This document shows positions 1 to 8,042 of a stretch of 10,683 bases of DNA, piece by piece. The notes beneath the pieces are model-generated. The model worked only from the letters and a program-made list of their open reading frames with translations. It was not told the origin of the DNA and made no database searches. The DNA lies in the UHGV virus genome UHGV-0105960; one strand, 5' to 3'. The position numbers were made by a program, and so were the translations under genes. The first letter of the stretch is position 1, and every line of letters starts with the position of its first letter. Source of the stretch: a virus.

Positions 1-240
1 GCGAACCATGTCTGGCTGCGATGTGGTCGGATACGGACGAACGTAGATCCCCTTCACCTTGTCGGCGGTGTCACCGTCCGCCAGCGGCACGAAAAAGCCG
101 TCAGCGTCATATTTGCCAGCCAGACCATAGGCAGCGAAGGCGTTATCGGATTTAAGGACCACCGGTTCGACGGTTAAGTCCTGCGGGCGAGAGACAGCCC
201 CGGCAATGCCAACAGGCATCCGGTACAGATATGCAGTCAT
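1..240 (-). CDS. Phage head structural protein, N-terminal 80 codons only (gene continues beyond the window start)
   Basis: ATG at 240..238 preceded by AAGGA 7 nt upstream; the frame is open to the window edge (MTAYLYRMPVGIAGAVSRPQDLTVEPVVLKSDNAF...). It starts 4 nt after the stop of the scaffold-like gene in a collinear head module. The product is guessed from position only. Confidence 0.6.
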   Translation of the reverse strand, partial: MTAYLYRMPVGIAGAVSRPQDLTVEPVVLKSDNAFAAYGLAGKYDADGFFVPLADGDTADKVKGIYVRPYPTTSQPDMVR

Positions 241-244
241 TGGA

Positions 245-1477
245 TTATCCTTTGCGGTTAGACCAGAAGTCGGCGTTTTGTTTGTTCAGGGAAGCGATGC
301 TGGTCATGCCCATATTTGGACGTTGTGCATCGCCCGTGGTGCTGCGGGTGTTTCGCCCTTTGGCAATCTCAGACACGGCGTTAAACGCCATATCGACCGA
401 TTGCTTGGGCAATTTGCGGATATCTGCATCACCGACAACCTGGCGAACCAGTGTTTTGTCAGCGGCGGACAGCACATCACGTTTGAACGCGGTCGGTTTC
501 ACCTTACGGCTCAGATCGATACCCGGAACGATAACTTCGGCACGATAAGCAGCGTCACCGGTAATCGTGGTTTCCTCTTCGTCGTCCTCACCGTCGCCGG
601 TAGGGTCTTTGTTATCTTTGCCGTCAGGCTTATCGTCGTTATCGCCCGTTGCAGTACCTTCCAGCTTAGCCAGCAGGGCTTTGAGCAAGGTTTTGATATC
701 GTCCTCGCCGTCGCCGGTTGGCTCTCCGCCCATTTCCGGCTTTTTGTCCGGCAATGGTTGCTGCGGTGAAAGGTTAATGTTGAGGTTAACGCCGCTCGGC
801 AGATCCCCTTCGTCACCCGTTACCGCCGCTGGCGCAGAGTCCAGCAGTTCGTTCATGGTGTCAGCGTCACCCGTTTTGATGGCCGTGCGCATGCGGGTCC
901 ACCAGCTTTTCTTTTGATTTGCCATTGTGTCTCTGTCTCCAATTGCACAACGATTTCCGGCTCTGCCTTTAGGGACAAGAGCCACATGGTTTCCGGTGAT
1001 ATCGACCTGCTCGGCTTTTCCGGGTTCGGTCTGCTCGTACTCAGCGTCATAGCCGCACGACACTTCGCGCAGACCATCTTCGATCAGCTGAATGGCGCTT
1101 TCGTCTTTGACGATAAGGTCAGCCAGCATCCAATCAGACTGATCACCTGTCCCGCGCCGAACGTTCTGAAGATGCCCGACCGCAAGCTCTTTCCAGTTCT
1201 CGGGGTTGACCAGCCGCACATTCCCGTTTTCATCTTCAGGATGCAGGATCGTGATGCTCATCCCTTCGAATGAGGCGAGCGTGGCCGGATGGAATACCTG
1301 CTCAGGAGAACGCGTGACGACTATTTCACCGAACTTATCGGGTTTCAGTTTTGGCAGGTCATCAGCACCATAGAGCTGCTTACCTGTTCGTCCTATCGGC
1401 ACGTCTTTGCACAGCAACGAGCCGTCAGCCAGCTGATAGCGGGTTTCCCCCAGCCGGGTATTGAAAAAATATTTCAT
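245..1477 (-). CDS. Phage head scaffold-like/prohead-associated protein (resembles DUF2213-type proteins found after Mu-F-like genes) with an acidic low-complexity centre
   Basis: 410-aa ORF, ATG at 1477 (MKYFF...). It sits immediately after the head morphogenesis gene. The centre carries Asp/Glu/Gly-rich repeats (PTGDGEDD twice). Family recalled, not searched. Confidence 0.7.
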   Translation of the reverse strand: MKYFFNTRLGETRYQLADGSLLCKDVPIGRTGKQLYGADDLPKLKPDKFGEIVVTRSPEQVFHPATLASFEGMSITILHPEDENGNVRLVNPENWKELAVGHLQNVRRGTGDQSDWMLADLIVKDESAIQLIEDGLREVSCGYDAEYEQTEPGKAEQVDITGNHVALVPKGRAGNRCAIGDRDTMANQKKSWWTRMRTAIKTGDADTMNELLDSAPAAVTGDEGDLPSGVNLNINLSPQQPLPDKKPEMGGEPTGDGEDDIKTLLKALLAKLEGTATGDNDDKPDGKDNKDPTGDGEDDEEETTITGDAAYRAEVIVPGIDLSRKVKPTAFKRDVLSAADKTLVRQVVGDADIRKLPKQSVDMAFNAVSEIAKGRNTRSTTGDAQRPNMGMTSIASLNKQNADFWSNRKG

Positions 1478-1491
1478 GGTTTACCTGCGAT

Positions 1492-2265
1492 TCAGGCGAG
1501 ATAAGAATGAGGGTTGGGGAAGACGATTTCTTTGTAACAGCGGCAGTTCGGGAGCTCGCCAGCGTGACCGGTCATGCCGTCAAGCGTTGGAGGTCGGCCC
1601 CATTCGACAAACTTCCCTTCCATCTCTCGATGAGAATGCCGGACGTCGCCATCTTCGGCTGTACGCCAGATATAACCATTCGAGCCGATTGACAGCGCAC
1701 GCGCCTGATCCAGTGCACCGGTTGCGCGCCCAAGCTCAGTCCGGGCGATAAGGTTCGCTCGTGAGCGTGACACGTCACCGGAAGCAGCTATCTCTTTCGC
1801 GAATGGCTCAGCGCGGCCACCAGTTACTACAGCCTCGATGGCCTTGTTCTGAATGTCATACACCCGATCGGCGGCCTCAAGAGGCAGAGATTTGATGTAC
1901 TTAATTTGCTCGGCGACGATGGATTTCATCACCTGGCCTACCGGGGCGCGGTCGACCATGTTGCGTAGTTCTGCGCTGATGTTCCGACTGTGCTGACGCC
2001 ACTGCTTTTCATTCTGGCGCGCAATGTCGGCGGTGAAGCTCTCAGCAACCTTAGTCGCCCAGGGGGTGATGATTTCGCTGTAGCGCTCCAGCGCATCCAT
2101 TATTTCGGTGACGCTATCGTTTGAACCATCGTAGCGACCATTTACGATATCCCCGACCGCCCGCGCTATCTGCCGTAGGCTCGTTCGATATCGGATCTCC
2201 GCCTGGCGGCTCTGGCGGTTTGTCGCCAAGTTCGCCGATGCCTGGCGGCGCTTCGTCTTCGGCAT
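1492..2265 (-). CDS. Phage head morphogenesis protein (Mu gpF / SPP1 gp7 family-like)
   Basis: 257-aa ORF with true ATG at 2265 and GAGGA upstream; Cys/His-containing C-terminal region (HSHREMEGKF...PNCRCYKEIVFP). Position directly after the portal gene is typical. The first 152 nt overlap the portal 3' end in another frame; an alternative ATG at 2100 would give 202 aa. Confidence 0.8.
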   Translation of the reverse strand: MPKTKRRQASANLATNRQSRQAEIRYRTSLRQIARAVGDIVNGRYDGSNDSVTEIMDALERYSEIITPWATKVAESFTADIARQNEKQWRQHSRNISAELRNMVDRAPVGQVMKSIVAEQIKYIKSLPLEAADRVYDIQNKAIEAVVTGGRAEPFAKEIAASGDVSRSRANLIARTELGRATGALDQARALSIGSNGYIWRTAEDGDVRHSHREMEGKFVEWGRPPTLDGMTGHAGELPNCRCYKEIVFPNPHSYLA

Positions 2266-3583
2266 TCTCGATATCCTCGTCGGTAATGGATGCCCCGATG
2301 CCGGTGACGTCAGAGTTTTCGCGCAGGTCGGTCATCGCCGCCTTACGCGTCATCAATCCGTCGCCCAGCGCGGTACTGATCGCGTTGGTGGTGTTTACGG
2401 CCACCGTTGATCGGTCAACGTCTGACATTTGCCATAGCGGGTTAAACTCAAACGTGAAATCGTCCGGCAGCGGCTTTCCGAGTTCCGAGCGGTGCATAAT
2501 GTCCAGTATCCGGCGCATCGGCAGTCGTAAGCGGCGCTCCTGCAATGAGCTCACCCGGTCGTAATAGTTGGCGAGGTCTGCATCACCAGTAGAGAAGCCT
2601 TTCGGGGATTGACCGAACAGGCGTACCAGCGGGATACCAACGGCACCGCTGATCTGCTCAGCAAACTGCGAAAGAATGTCATCCAGACCACTAAAGCTGT
2701 ACTGGTGGGTTTCGAACTTATCCCGCGAGTCCATGAGCGTCATACCTTCATTGCTCTGGAACTGGCGGATCAGGTCGATGTTCTTCAGCAACGCTTCGAA
2801 CGCCGGGCCTCCAAGCGCGATAAGCTCGCGCAACTTCTCCACGCTATAGGTACGCAGATGCGCTTTATAGACCAGCTGCGCCGCGCCGACAGTAGCGCTA
2901 TCGAACGCAGTAAGCCGATCCCAGATACGCTCTACAACCGACATTCCCCATTCGTTTTCGGTCATCTTCTGCTGGAATGGCAGCGTGACGCCATCAAAGC
3001 GGATCAGGCGGCTGTGATGGATGCGCCAGGCCGGAATGCCCGTTGCGGTGGTCACCACGTCGTAAAACTCAGGCTTGCCGAGGTCCGGCCCCATCTCTTT
3101 AATGCGGCGTGTCAGCACCGGGTTAATCATCCAGCGGTCGAGCGGGAGAATGCCCTTAAACTTGCCCTCGCCAATGGTTTCGAGTCGCAGCGGGGTCATT
3201 GGTGCTTGCCCCTCGATCATGATGAAGCCGACCGCGCCGCCGTAGAGGCGCGACCATTTCAGCACGTCGTTCAGCGCATCCCAGATCTGCAACTCATCCA
3301 GTTGCGCTTCGAGGGTGCCACGGTCTTTGGCGTCAATCTCCGAAGTGATGCGAATGCCCTTTCGGGTCATATCGTCCGGGATAGCGTCGACCGCTTCACC
3401 GATAACCCACGAACCGCGATATGACCATTCCACCAGCATGCGGTTGCGGCTGGTGAAGTTCGCCCGGTAGGTCGATGCTGAATGCTGGTTAGGCGTCTGC
3501 ATCCCAACGCGGGCGACGAAGTTCTCGTAGCCGTCAGCGGTGGCCTGTGCCGTTCGCTGAGAGGATTGCTTGTTTCGTGCCAT
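2114..3583 (-). CDS. Phage portal protein
   Basis: 489-aa ORF, ATG at 3583 with GGGAGA Shine-Dalgarno; located between the large terminase and the head morphogenesis gene; size typical of portals; Pro/Gly-rich acidic C-terminal tail. Confidence 0.85.
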   Translation of the reverse strand: MARNKQSSQRTAQATADGYENFVARVGMQTPNQHSASTYRANFTSRNRMLVEWSYRGSWVIGEAVDAIPDDMTRKGIRITSEIDAKDRGTLEAQLDELQIWDALNDVLKWSRLYGGAVGFIMIEGQAPMTPLRLETIGEGKFKGILPLDRWMINPVLTRRIKEMGPDLGKPEFYDVVTTATGIPAWRIHHSRLIRFDGVTLPFQQKMTENEWGMSVVERIWDRLTAFDSATVGAAQLVYKAHLRTYSVEKLRELIALGGPAFEALLKNIDLIRQFQSNEGMTLMDSRDKFETHQYSFSGLDDILSQFAEQISGAVGIPLVRLFGQSPKGFSTGDADLANYYDRVSSLQERRLRLPMRRILDIMHRSELGKPLPDDFTFEFNPLWQMSDVDRSTVAVNTTNAISTALGDGLMTRKAAMTDLRENSDVTGIGASITDEDIENAEDEAPPGIGELGDKPPEPPGGDPISNEPTADSAGGRGYRKWSLRWFKR

Positions 3584-3621
3584 CAGGCCTGTCTCCCTAG
3601 CAGCTCCCAGATGTTCAGGGC

Positions 3622-5205
3622 TTAATTCATTGGCGCGTAGCTGATCATCACCGAGTCGGCGAGGTTCGGCGACTTGGTGCCATCAGGCTGTTTATCAACA
3701 ACGATTTTCCCCACGCCATTAATGGAGTAGGTCGGCTGCGACAGCTCAATGATGAGTTTGTCTTTGCTCGCCATGGCGCTGCTGATTGAGATGATTTCGT
3801 CCGGGTTGTAGGCCATGCCCTCAACCACGGCGCGATAGGTGTTCTGGAAAAGCTTGCGTAGCCACCACCAGCTCTGGGCTTTGGCGTTGGCGAAGAAGTC
3901 CTTGTTCAGGCGTGCGGCCTGTCCGTTGTCCCCGCGCACCGCTTCATCGTCCGGATCAAATACCGCGCCGCTACCACGAAACGGTGTGGCGAGTATTGAC
4001 GGTCGGCGCGCTGCGTAACGCAGTTCGTTGATGGCGCGCGCATCGCCGCGAACGCCAGCACCCAGGCCGTCCTCGTCGAAGCGAAACTCTTCGAGGTTGT
4101 CCTGTTCGCAAAAGCCGAAGACCTTCTCAACAGACTGGTAAATGTCGCTGCCAACGCCGGACCATTCACGCACGTTCTCCAGGAGGAAGCCGTGACGGGT
4201 CGAAAAGGCGTTTTTGTCCCGGCCTTCGTCGGCGACGTCCATCGCGCCCAGGCGTTTGCCCGTTGGCTGGATGCCCAGCTTAATATGAGCGTCGACGGCA
4301 GCCTGTACCCAGTCGGACGGGATCAGGACGCCTTCCGCAGATGCGCTGTAGTTCAGGTCAAGTTCCTGCGCTACCACCACCGGATTGTCGATTTTCTCGC
4401 ATTCCCTGCGATACCACTCTTCATCCTTGCGCGGGTCATTTCGCCAGTGGAATGTGAATACCGGTATCTTCCCGCCGTGACGCTTCTGCGCGAACGGGTT
4501 CGCCATGCCGTTAACCGAACTCAGGTCGATACGGCAGCGAGTGGTTTGCGACAGCGCCGCATCAATCAGCAGAGGGCGCTGGAGGAATGCGGCCTCATCC
4601 ACCAGGTAGAGCGTGGTACGGTCACCACGACCAATATTATCGCCAGCCTCGCCTTTGATAACGGCACCAGTTTCAGGAAACTCAACACGCATATATGGCG
4701 CGTGCTTCTTCTCGCTCCACGAACCGCGAAACTCTACAGGTAGTGTTTCCACGAACTTGCGCGCCTTCCAGAACAATGCTTTCGGGTCACCAGTGCTGTC
4801 GACGTATTCCTCTTTACGGGAGCCGAAACCGATAACCATTTCTTTGTTGAAGAGACAAAGCGAGCAGGCCAGTCCGATCGCGGTCCAACTGAGCCCCATT
4901 TCACGGGATTTTTCGGTAATACCATTCTCCCGATTACCCCAGCGTTCCATAATCCAGTGGATCCACTCCTCCTGCTTAGGGAATAGTAAAAACGGAATGG
5001 TCACCGGCAGGCCATAATCAATATTACGCGGGTCCGTTGTCATGCCCCAGTCGATGATGAACTGAGCCGGATTGGTTCGGTAAAACTGTTTTAGTGCAGG
5101 CAATATTTCAGGATTCTGGCGAATGCGCTGTAAGCGTTCCATCCGCCATTCAAAAACCATCTGGTAATCAGGATGTTTAAAATCGAAGGGGAATGGTAAC
5201 GGCAT
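3622..5205 (-). CDS. Terminase large subunit (ATPase/nuclease)
   Basis: 527-aa ORF starting 2 nt after the small terminase stop. Deviant Walker A of the terminase type ([10 protein letters not shown], i.e. KSRxxGxS) and Walker B-like LYLVDEAAF; position between small terminase and portal. Confidence 0.9.
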   Translation of the reverse strand: MPLPFPFDFKHPDYQMVFEWRMERLQRIRQNPEILPALKQFYRTNPAQFIIDWGMTTDPRNIDYGLPVTIPFLLFPKQEEWIHWIMERWGNRENGITEKSREMGLSWTAIGLACSLCLFNKEMVIGFGSRKEEYVDSTGDPKALFWKARKFVETLPVEFRGSWSEKKHAPYMRVEFPETGAVIKGEAGDNIGRGDRTTLYLVDEAAFLQRPLLIDAALSQTTRCRIDLSSVNGMANPFAQKRHGGKIPVFTFHWRNDPRKDEEWYRRECEKIDNPVVVAQELDLNYSASAEGVLIPSDWVQAAVDAHIKLGIQPTGKRLGAMDVADEGRDKNAFSTRHGFLLENVREWSGVGSDIYQSVEKVFGFCEQDNLEEFRFDEDGLGAGVRGDARAINELRYAARRPSILATPFRGSGAVFDPDDEAVRGDNGQAARLNKDFFANAKAQSWWWLRKLFQNTYRAVVEGMAYNPDEIISISSAMASKDKLIIELSQPTYSINGVGKIVVDKQPDGTKSPNLADSVMISYAPMN

Positions 5206-5207
5206 AC

Positions 5208-5759
5208 TTAGCCCATCATTTTTCTATACGCCTCTGCAGCCTGCTCCGGCGTTAAGTTGGTAATTTCTGTTCTGACTGGTCCTCCATCAGCGCCAGTCAC
5301 TTCATTTTTGACGTTGTCTTTAAACGCCTGAACAGAAACATGACGCCCAAGCAACTCAAGGTTTTTAACCTTATCAGGCCATTTGATTTTCTTCAGAAGT
5401 GCGGCGCTATCTGCGGATACCATCTCCACGACATCCATTCCTGATAGCGTTGTGCGCCATACCTTAGGCCAGTCTTTGATGGGTTTTAGCTCACCGTTTT
5501 GCAGGAGAATGTCAAGCACATCCATCTGGTCGATTTCAATAAGGCGATTAAGTACATATTCTGCATTAATACCAACAAGATCATTGCGTTGCGCTTTCAG
5601 TTCGGCGATTCTTAACTTGATGTCAGGTTTTGACAGGTTTTCGGATGCGGTACGGTTAGCTGTCTTTGCGCTGTACCCCGCCCGAATAGCCGCTTGCGTG
5701 GCGTTTAAATCGATGAGGTACTCGCGACAGAACATTTCTTGTTTGTCGGTGAGTGCCAT
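5208..5759 (-). CDS. Terminase small subunit (Terminase_2/P27-like family)
   Basis: 183-aa ORF; N-terminus [34 protein letters not shown] matches the conserved helix-turn-helix N-terminal motif of this small-terminase family; directly upstream of the large terminase. Confidence 0.9.
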   Translation of the reverse strand: MALTDKQEMFCREYLIDLNATQAAIRAGYSAKTANRTASENLSKPDIKLRIAELKAQRNDLVGINAEYVLNRLIEIDQMDVLDILLQNGELKPIKDWPKVWRTTLSGMDVVEMVSADSAALLKKIKWPDKVKNLELLGRHVSVQAFKDNVKNEVTGADGGPVRTEITNLTPEQAAEAYRKMMG

Positions 5760-5786
5760 GTATCTCTCTCTTAAAAAGGAAGCTTT

Positions 5787-5996
5787 ATGTCAAAAAATCC
5801 ACGTACCCCTAAATTTAAAATCGGCGACATTGTTTATTTGGTTTCAGGCGGCCCGGCGATGGCTGTTCAGGAGCCAATCATAAACAGCTTTGATGTTTTT
5901 GTTGGTGATTACTGGTGTCAGTGGTTTTCAGGAAGGAAGCAAGAAAGAGCCAGATTTCCAGAAGAATCACTGACTGCTACCAACCCAAAGCCGTAA
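5787..5996 (+). CDS. Small DUF2158/YodC-like protein (69 aa), opposite-strand moron gene
   Basis: ATG at 5787 with AAGGAAG Shine-Dalgarno at 5776..5782. Motifs GDIVYLVSGGPAMAV and CQWF resemble the DUF2158 signature (GDxVxLKSGGPxMTV ... CxWF). AT-richer than the flanking late genes; strand opposite to the late operon. Confidence 0.65.
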   Translation: MSKNPRTPKFKIGDIVYLVSGGPAMAVQEPIINSFDVFVGDYWCQWFSGRKQERARFPEESLTATNPKP

Positions 5997-6031
5997 ACCC
6001 AAACGCACTCAAGTTGTCTCTTACAGACGTG

Positions 6032-6280
6032 ATGAAGTGGATGATGGCTCAGTTAGAATATGACGGTTGCCTGTATCAGGAAGACGTAGTTGATTATTTA
6101 GTCAAACTCGATAATGAGCAGTTTCTGAAAGAAAATGCTGATGGTAATCTTGTTTTATCTACACCTGTCATTACCCAATTCCGCAAAGTAAGCGGTGATA
6201 AAGTGGTTTGGGTTAAGCCTGAACGATATTGGCGTTATCGCGTTAATGAAGATGAGCCTGGTCGCGAAGCGCGCGGGTAA
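6032..6280 (+). CDS. Hypothetical 83-aa protein, second moron gene (start uncertain; a GTG at 5915 with GGTGA upstream would give 121 aa)
   Basis: Open frame MKWMMAQLEYDGCLYQEDVVDYLVKLDNEQFLKENADGNLVL..., same strand as and 36 nt after the DUF2158 gene, followed by a hairpin plus T-rich tract. No convincing Shine-Dalgarno before ATG 6032. No family recognised. Confidence 0.5.
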   Translation: MKWMMAQLEYDGCLYQEDVVDYLVKLDNEQFLKENADGNLVLSTPVITQFRKVSGDKVVWVKPERYWRYRVNEDEPGREARG

Positions 6281-6288
6281 ATAATCTG

Positions 6289-6322
6289 TGGTGACTCTGT
6301 TTTATGGTCACCATTCTTATTC
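6289..6322 (+). terminator. Candidate intrinsic terminator for the plus-strand two-gene unit
   Basis: Stem TGGTGAC (6289..6295) / GTCACCA (6307..6313), 11-nt loop, then T-rich TTCTTATTC, 9 nt after the TAA at 6278..6280. The loop is long and the U-tract interrupted. Confidence 0.35.
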
Positions 6323-6406
6323 GACGAAATCACAGTCCGGTTTTGCCATAATTTTGTCCTCGCCTTGACATTATCGAGCCACCTCTGGAAGTGGCTCTGT
6401 AATGCC

Positions 6407-6874
6407 TTACTTCAGGCATTGCGTGGTGATGTATTCCTGCAGGGCTCTCAGGGCTGTTTGGTCGCTGAGGATTCCGGATCGGATACCGAGAACGTTTCGT
6501 CCAGCAACTGCAGAGAGTTCGACGGTGGCATCATCGCCCATGCTGGAGGCGCCGGTGGTTTGGGTTGAGGCTGACACTGGACATTTGCCTTTGACGAGCA
6601 CCCGACCACCATTATCAAGCTTGCGCTGCAGAGCATCATTTTCAGCTTTTGCATCGGCTAATTCCTTCGTGTATTTGGCATCGAGCGCTGCGACGTCTCT
6701 CTGACGGGTCTGCATGTCAGCGATGGTGTCTTTCGCCAGGCTGAGCTGCTCAGTCACTTTATCGCGCTGCCTTTTGAACTCGGTGGCGTTGTCATGGTAG
6801 TGGCTAGCCAACCATCCGAGACTGACTATCAGGCAGATCACAATGGCGCTGATAATGGTAGTTAATCGGCTCAT
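6407..6874 (-). CDS. Rz: Rz i-spanin (inner-membrane spanin subunit)
   Basis: Start ATG at 6874 overlaps the endolysin stop (ATGA). N-terminus [21 protein letters not shown]...[26 protein letters not shown] closely resembles lambda Rz (MSRVTAIISALVICIIV...[26 protein letters not shown]). The ORF-track start at 6892 is a TTG extension. Confidence 0.92.
   Translation of the reverse strand: MSRLTTIISAIVICLIVSLGWLASHYHDNATEFKRQRDKVTEQLSLAKDTIADMQTRQRDVAALDAKYTKELADAKAENDALQRKLDNGGRVLVKGKCPVSASTQTTGASSMGDDATVELSAVAGRNVLGIRSGILSDQTALRALQEYITTQCLK
6448..6654 (-). CDS. Rz1: Rz1 o-spanin (outer-membrane lipoprotein), embedded within Rz in the +1 frame
   Basis: ATG at 6654; [21 protein letters not shown] has a signal peptide and lipobox (VVGC), followed by a Pro-rich segment [16 protein letters not shown]. 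Similar to lambda Rz1 (MLKLKMMLC...VVVGC...PPPPPAW). Entirely nested inside Rz. Confidence 0.88.
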   Translation of the reverse strand: MQKLKMMLCSASLIMVVGCSSKANVQCQPQPKPPAPPAWAMMPPSNSLQLLDETFSVSDPESSATKQP

Positions 6875-7374
6875 TTCTGCCCCCACAAACAAACTTCACG
6901 CTCAATCTCGCGGCGAGTTACCAGGCCTTTCCACTGCTTGCCCTTGGCGTAAGTCCAGCGGCGCAGCTGGTCGCACGCACCTTTCTGGTCGCCCTGGTTG
7001 ATTTTGCGCAGCAGCGTGGAGGTCTGGAAGTTTCCAGCGCCGACGTTATACGCGAATGAGTACAGAGCCCCGCGCATTATTTCGGGGATCGGCTTCTGGA
7101 TGTATGGGTTAATCTGGCGGGCAACGGTGTTCAGGTCTTTGCTGAGTAGCGCACGGCATTCAGCCTCGGTGTACTTCTTGCCGAGCATGATATCTTTGCC
7201 AGTGTGGCCATAACAGACCGTCCAGACGCCTACCACATCCTGATAAGGAACATATCGCACACCTTCAAGACCATCGTTACCGGTTGGGCCAGTGATGAGC
7301 GCAGAGGCAATGGCTATGGCGCCACCGCCGCCGGCGATCACGCCAATCAGTTTATTCCTCATTGATGGCGTCAT
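6871..7374 (-). CDS. SAR endolysin (phage lysozyme, phage 21 R / P1 Lyz type, GH24-like)
   Basis: N-terminal Gly/Ala-rich weakly hydrophobic segment [25 protein letters not shown] (signal-arrest-release domain), then [25 protein letters not shown] carrying the E-D-T catalytic residues. Near-collinear with recalled phage 21 R. ATG at 7374 with GGGGTGA Shine-Dalgarno aligns with the R21 start; the GTG at 7380 is probably not used. Confidence 0.92.
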   Translation of the reverse strand: MTPSMRNKLIGVIAGGGGAIAIASALITGPTGNDGLEGVRYVPYQDVVGVWTVCYGHTGKDIMLGKKYTEAECRALLSKDLNTVARQINPYIQKPIPEIMRGALYSFAYNVGAGNFQTSTLLRKINQGDQKGACDQLRRWTYAKGKQWKGLVTRREIEREVCLWGQK

Positions 7375-7376
7375 GC

Positions 7377-7691
7377 TCACCCCTGTGTATCACTTGCGAT
7401 CCGCTTCAAGGCCTCGGTTACCACTTCGGCTGAAGCCGGGCGGTCACCTCCAGGCTTTGCGGAGACATCAGCCAGATAACTGGCCAACAGCTGCGTGCGT
7501 TTTTTCTCTTCATCCAGTCGCTCTCGCTCTTCCTTGCGCTTTGCGTAATACGTCTTGATTGTGAAGAAGGCAGAGATCAGGGCGCCAATGATGAAGACAT
7601 AATCCTGCAGACTCAGGACGGAAAAGATACCAAGCAAGGCTGACCACCAGTAAGGCAGATTGTGACCATCGGTTGGGTTCATACGTTGCAT
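7377..7691 (-). CDS. Holin, class II (two predicted TMDs), with dual-start motif; possible pinholin
   Basis: ATG at 7691 preceded by GGAGGTGA. N-terminus MQRM gives two in-frame starts separated by an Arg (lambda S-like holin/antiholin arrangement). Two hydrophobic helices ([30 protein letters not shown]) and a charged C-terminus. The stop overlaps the endolysin start region. Confidence 0.8.
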   Translation of the reverse strand: MQRMNPTDGHNLPYWWSALLGIFSVLSLQDYVFIIGALISAFFTIKTYYAKRKEERERLDEEKKRTQLLASYLADVSAKPGGDRPASAEVVTEALKRIASDTQG

Positions 7692-7799
7692 CTCTCACCT
7701 CCGATAATGTTCGGGGTGCTATCTGTAGTCAGTAAAAGGTTCAGGGCCGTCGGGCTGATTTACCAACAAAGCGTCGAGGGTGATTCCCGCGACCCTGAA

Positions 7800-7826
7800 A
7801 ATAAAAAAGCCTGCGGTTAGGCAGGC
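7800..7826 (-). terminator. Intrinsic terminator (minus strand) between the tRNA pair and the holin
   Basis: Perfect 6-bp GC-rich stem GCCTGC/GCAGGC (7809..7814 / 7821..7826) with a 6-nt loop, followed on the minus strand by UUUUUUAUUUU. Confidence 0.55.
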
Positions 7827-7960
7827 AATAAGCATGAGGGTAATAGCAATGTCGGTGATGACCGAAAATACCCTAGCTGGGTCTGGCGGCCTGTGACGCT
7901 GTTGCAGCAACGCCCCTGATAAGTTGGGGTATGAACCCGTTATCAGGTCAGGCCATTATC

Positions 7961-8037
7961 TGGTGCACCATTCAGGACTCGAACCTGAAACCGATAGCTT
8001 AGAAGGCTATTGCTCTCTCCGGTTGAGCTAATGGCGC
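7961..8037 (-). tRNA. tRNA-Arg (anticodon UCU), CCA-encoded, phage-borne
   Basis: Minus-strand sequence GCGCCAT-TA-GCTC...GAGC-A-ATAGC-CTTCTAA-GCTAT-CGGTT-TCAGG-TTCGAGT-CCTGA-ATGGTGC-A-CCA folds as a canonical cloverleaf: 7-bp acceptor stem (one G-U), anticodon loop C-U-[UCU]-A-A, T-loop TTCGAGT. Differs from host argU as I recall it. Confidence 0.85.
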
Positions 8038-8042
8038 TAATT

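Noticed and set aside
206-5017. Numerous plus-strand ORFs of 87 to 271 aa antisense to the head and packaging genes (for example 206..769, 2121..2564, 2609..3424, 4192..4743, 4613..5017)
   Set aside because: All lie entirely within well-supported minus-strand genes and show skewed, low-complexity composition (Ser/Pro/Arg-rich) typical of antisense shadow ORFs in GC-rich coding DNA.
6366-6397. Perfect TTGACA hexamer (6366..6371) and a 7-bp perfect hairpin GAGCCAC/GTGGCTC (6376..6397) just downstream of the Rz stop
   Set aside because: No acceptable -10 element follows the TTGACA at 16 to 18 bp, and the hairpin has no U-tract on either strand. It may be an RNA-stability stem-loop at the 3' end of Rz, but cannot be called a promoter or terminator from sequence alone.
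6365-6704. Plus-strand ORFs of 67 and 100 aa antisense to Rz/Rz1
   Set aside because: Both coding frames of this DNA are already used by Rz and Rz1 on the minus strand; a third, antisense gene is implausible and has no start signals.
7719-7910. 63-aa minus-strand ORF between the tRNAs and the holin, with a hydrophobic stretch
   Set aside because: It begins with TTG, not ATG, has no Shine-Dalgarno, and its hydrophobic FFIF segment is simply the translation of the terminator U-tract (7800..7826). More likely a non-coding spacer carrying a terminator.
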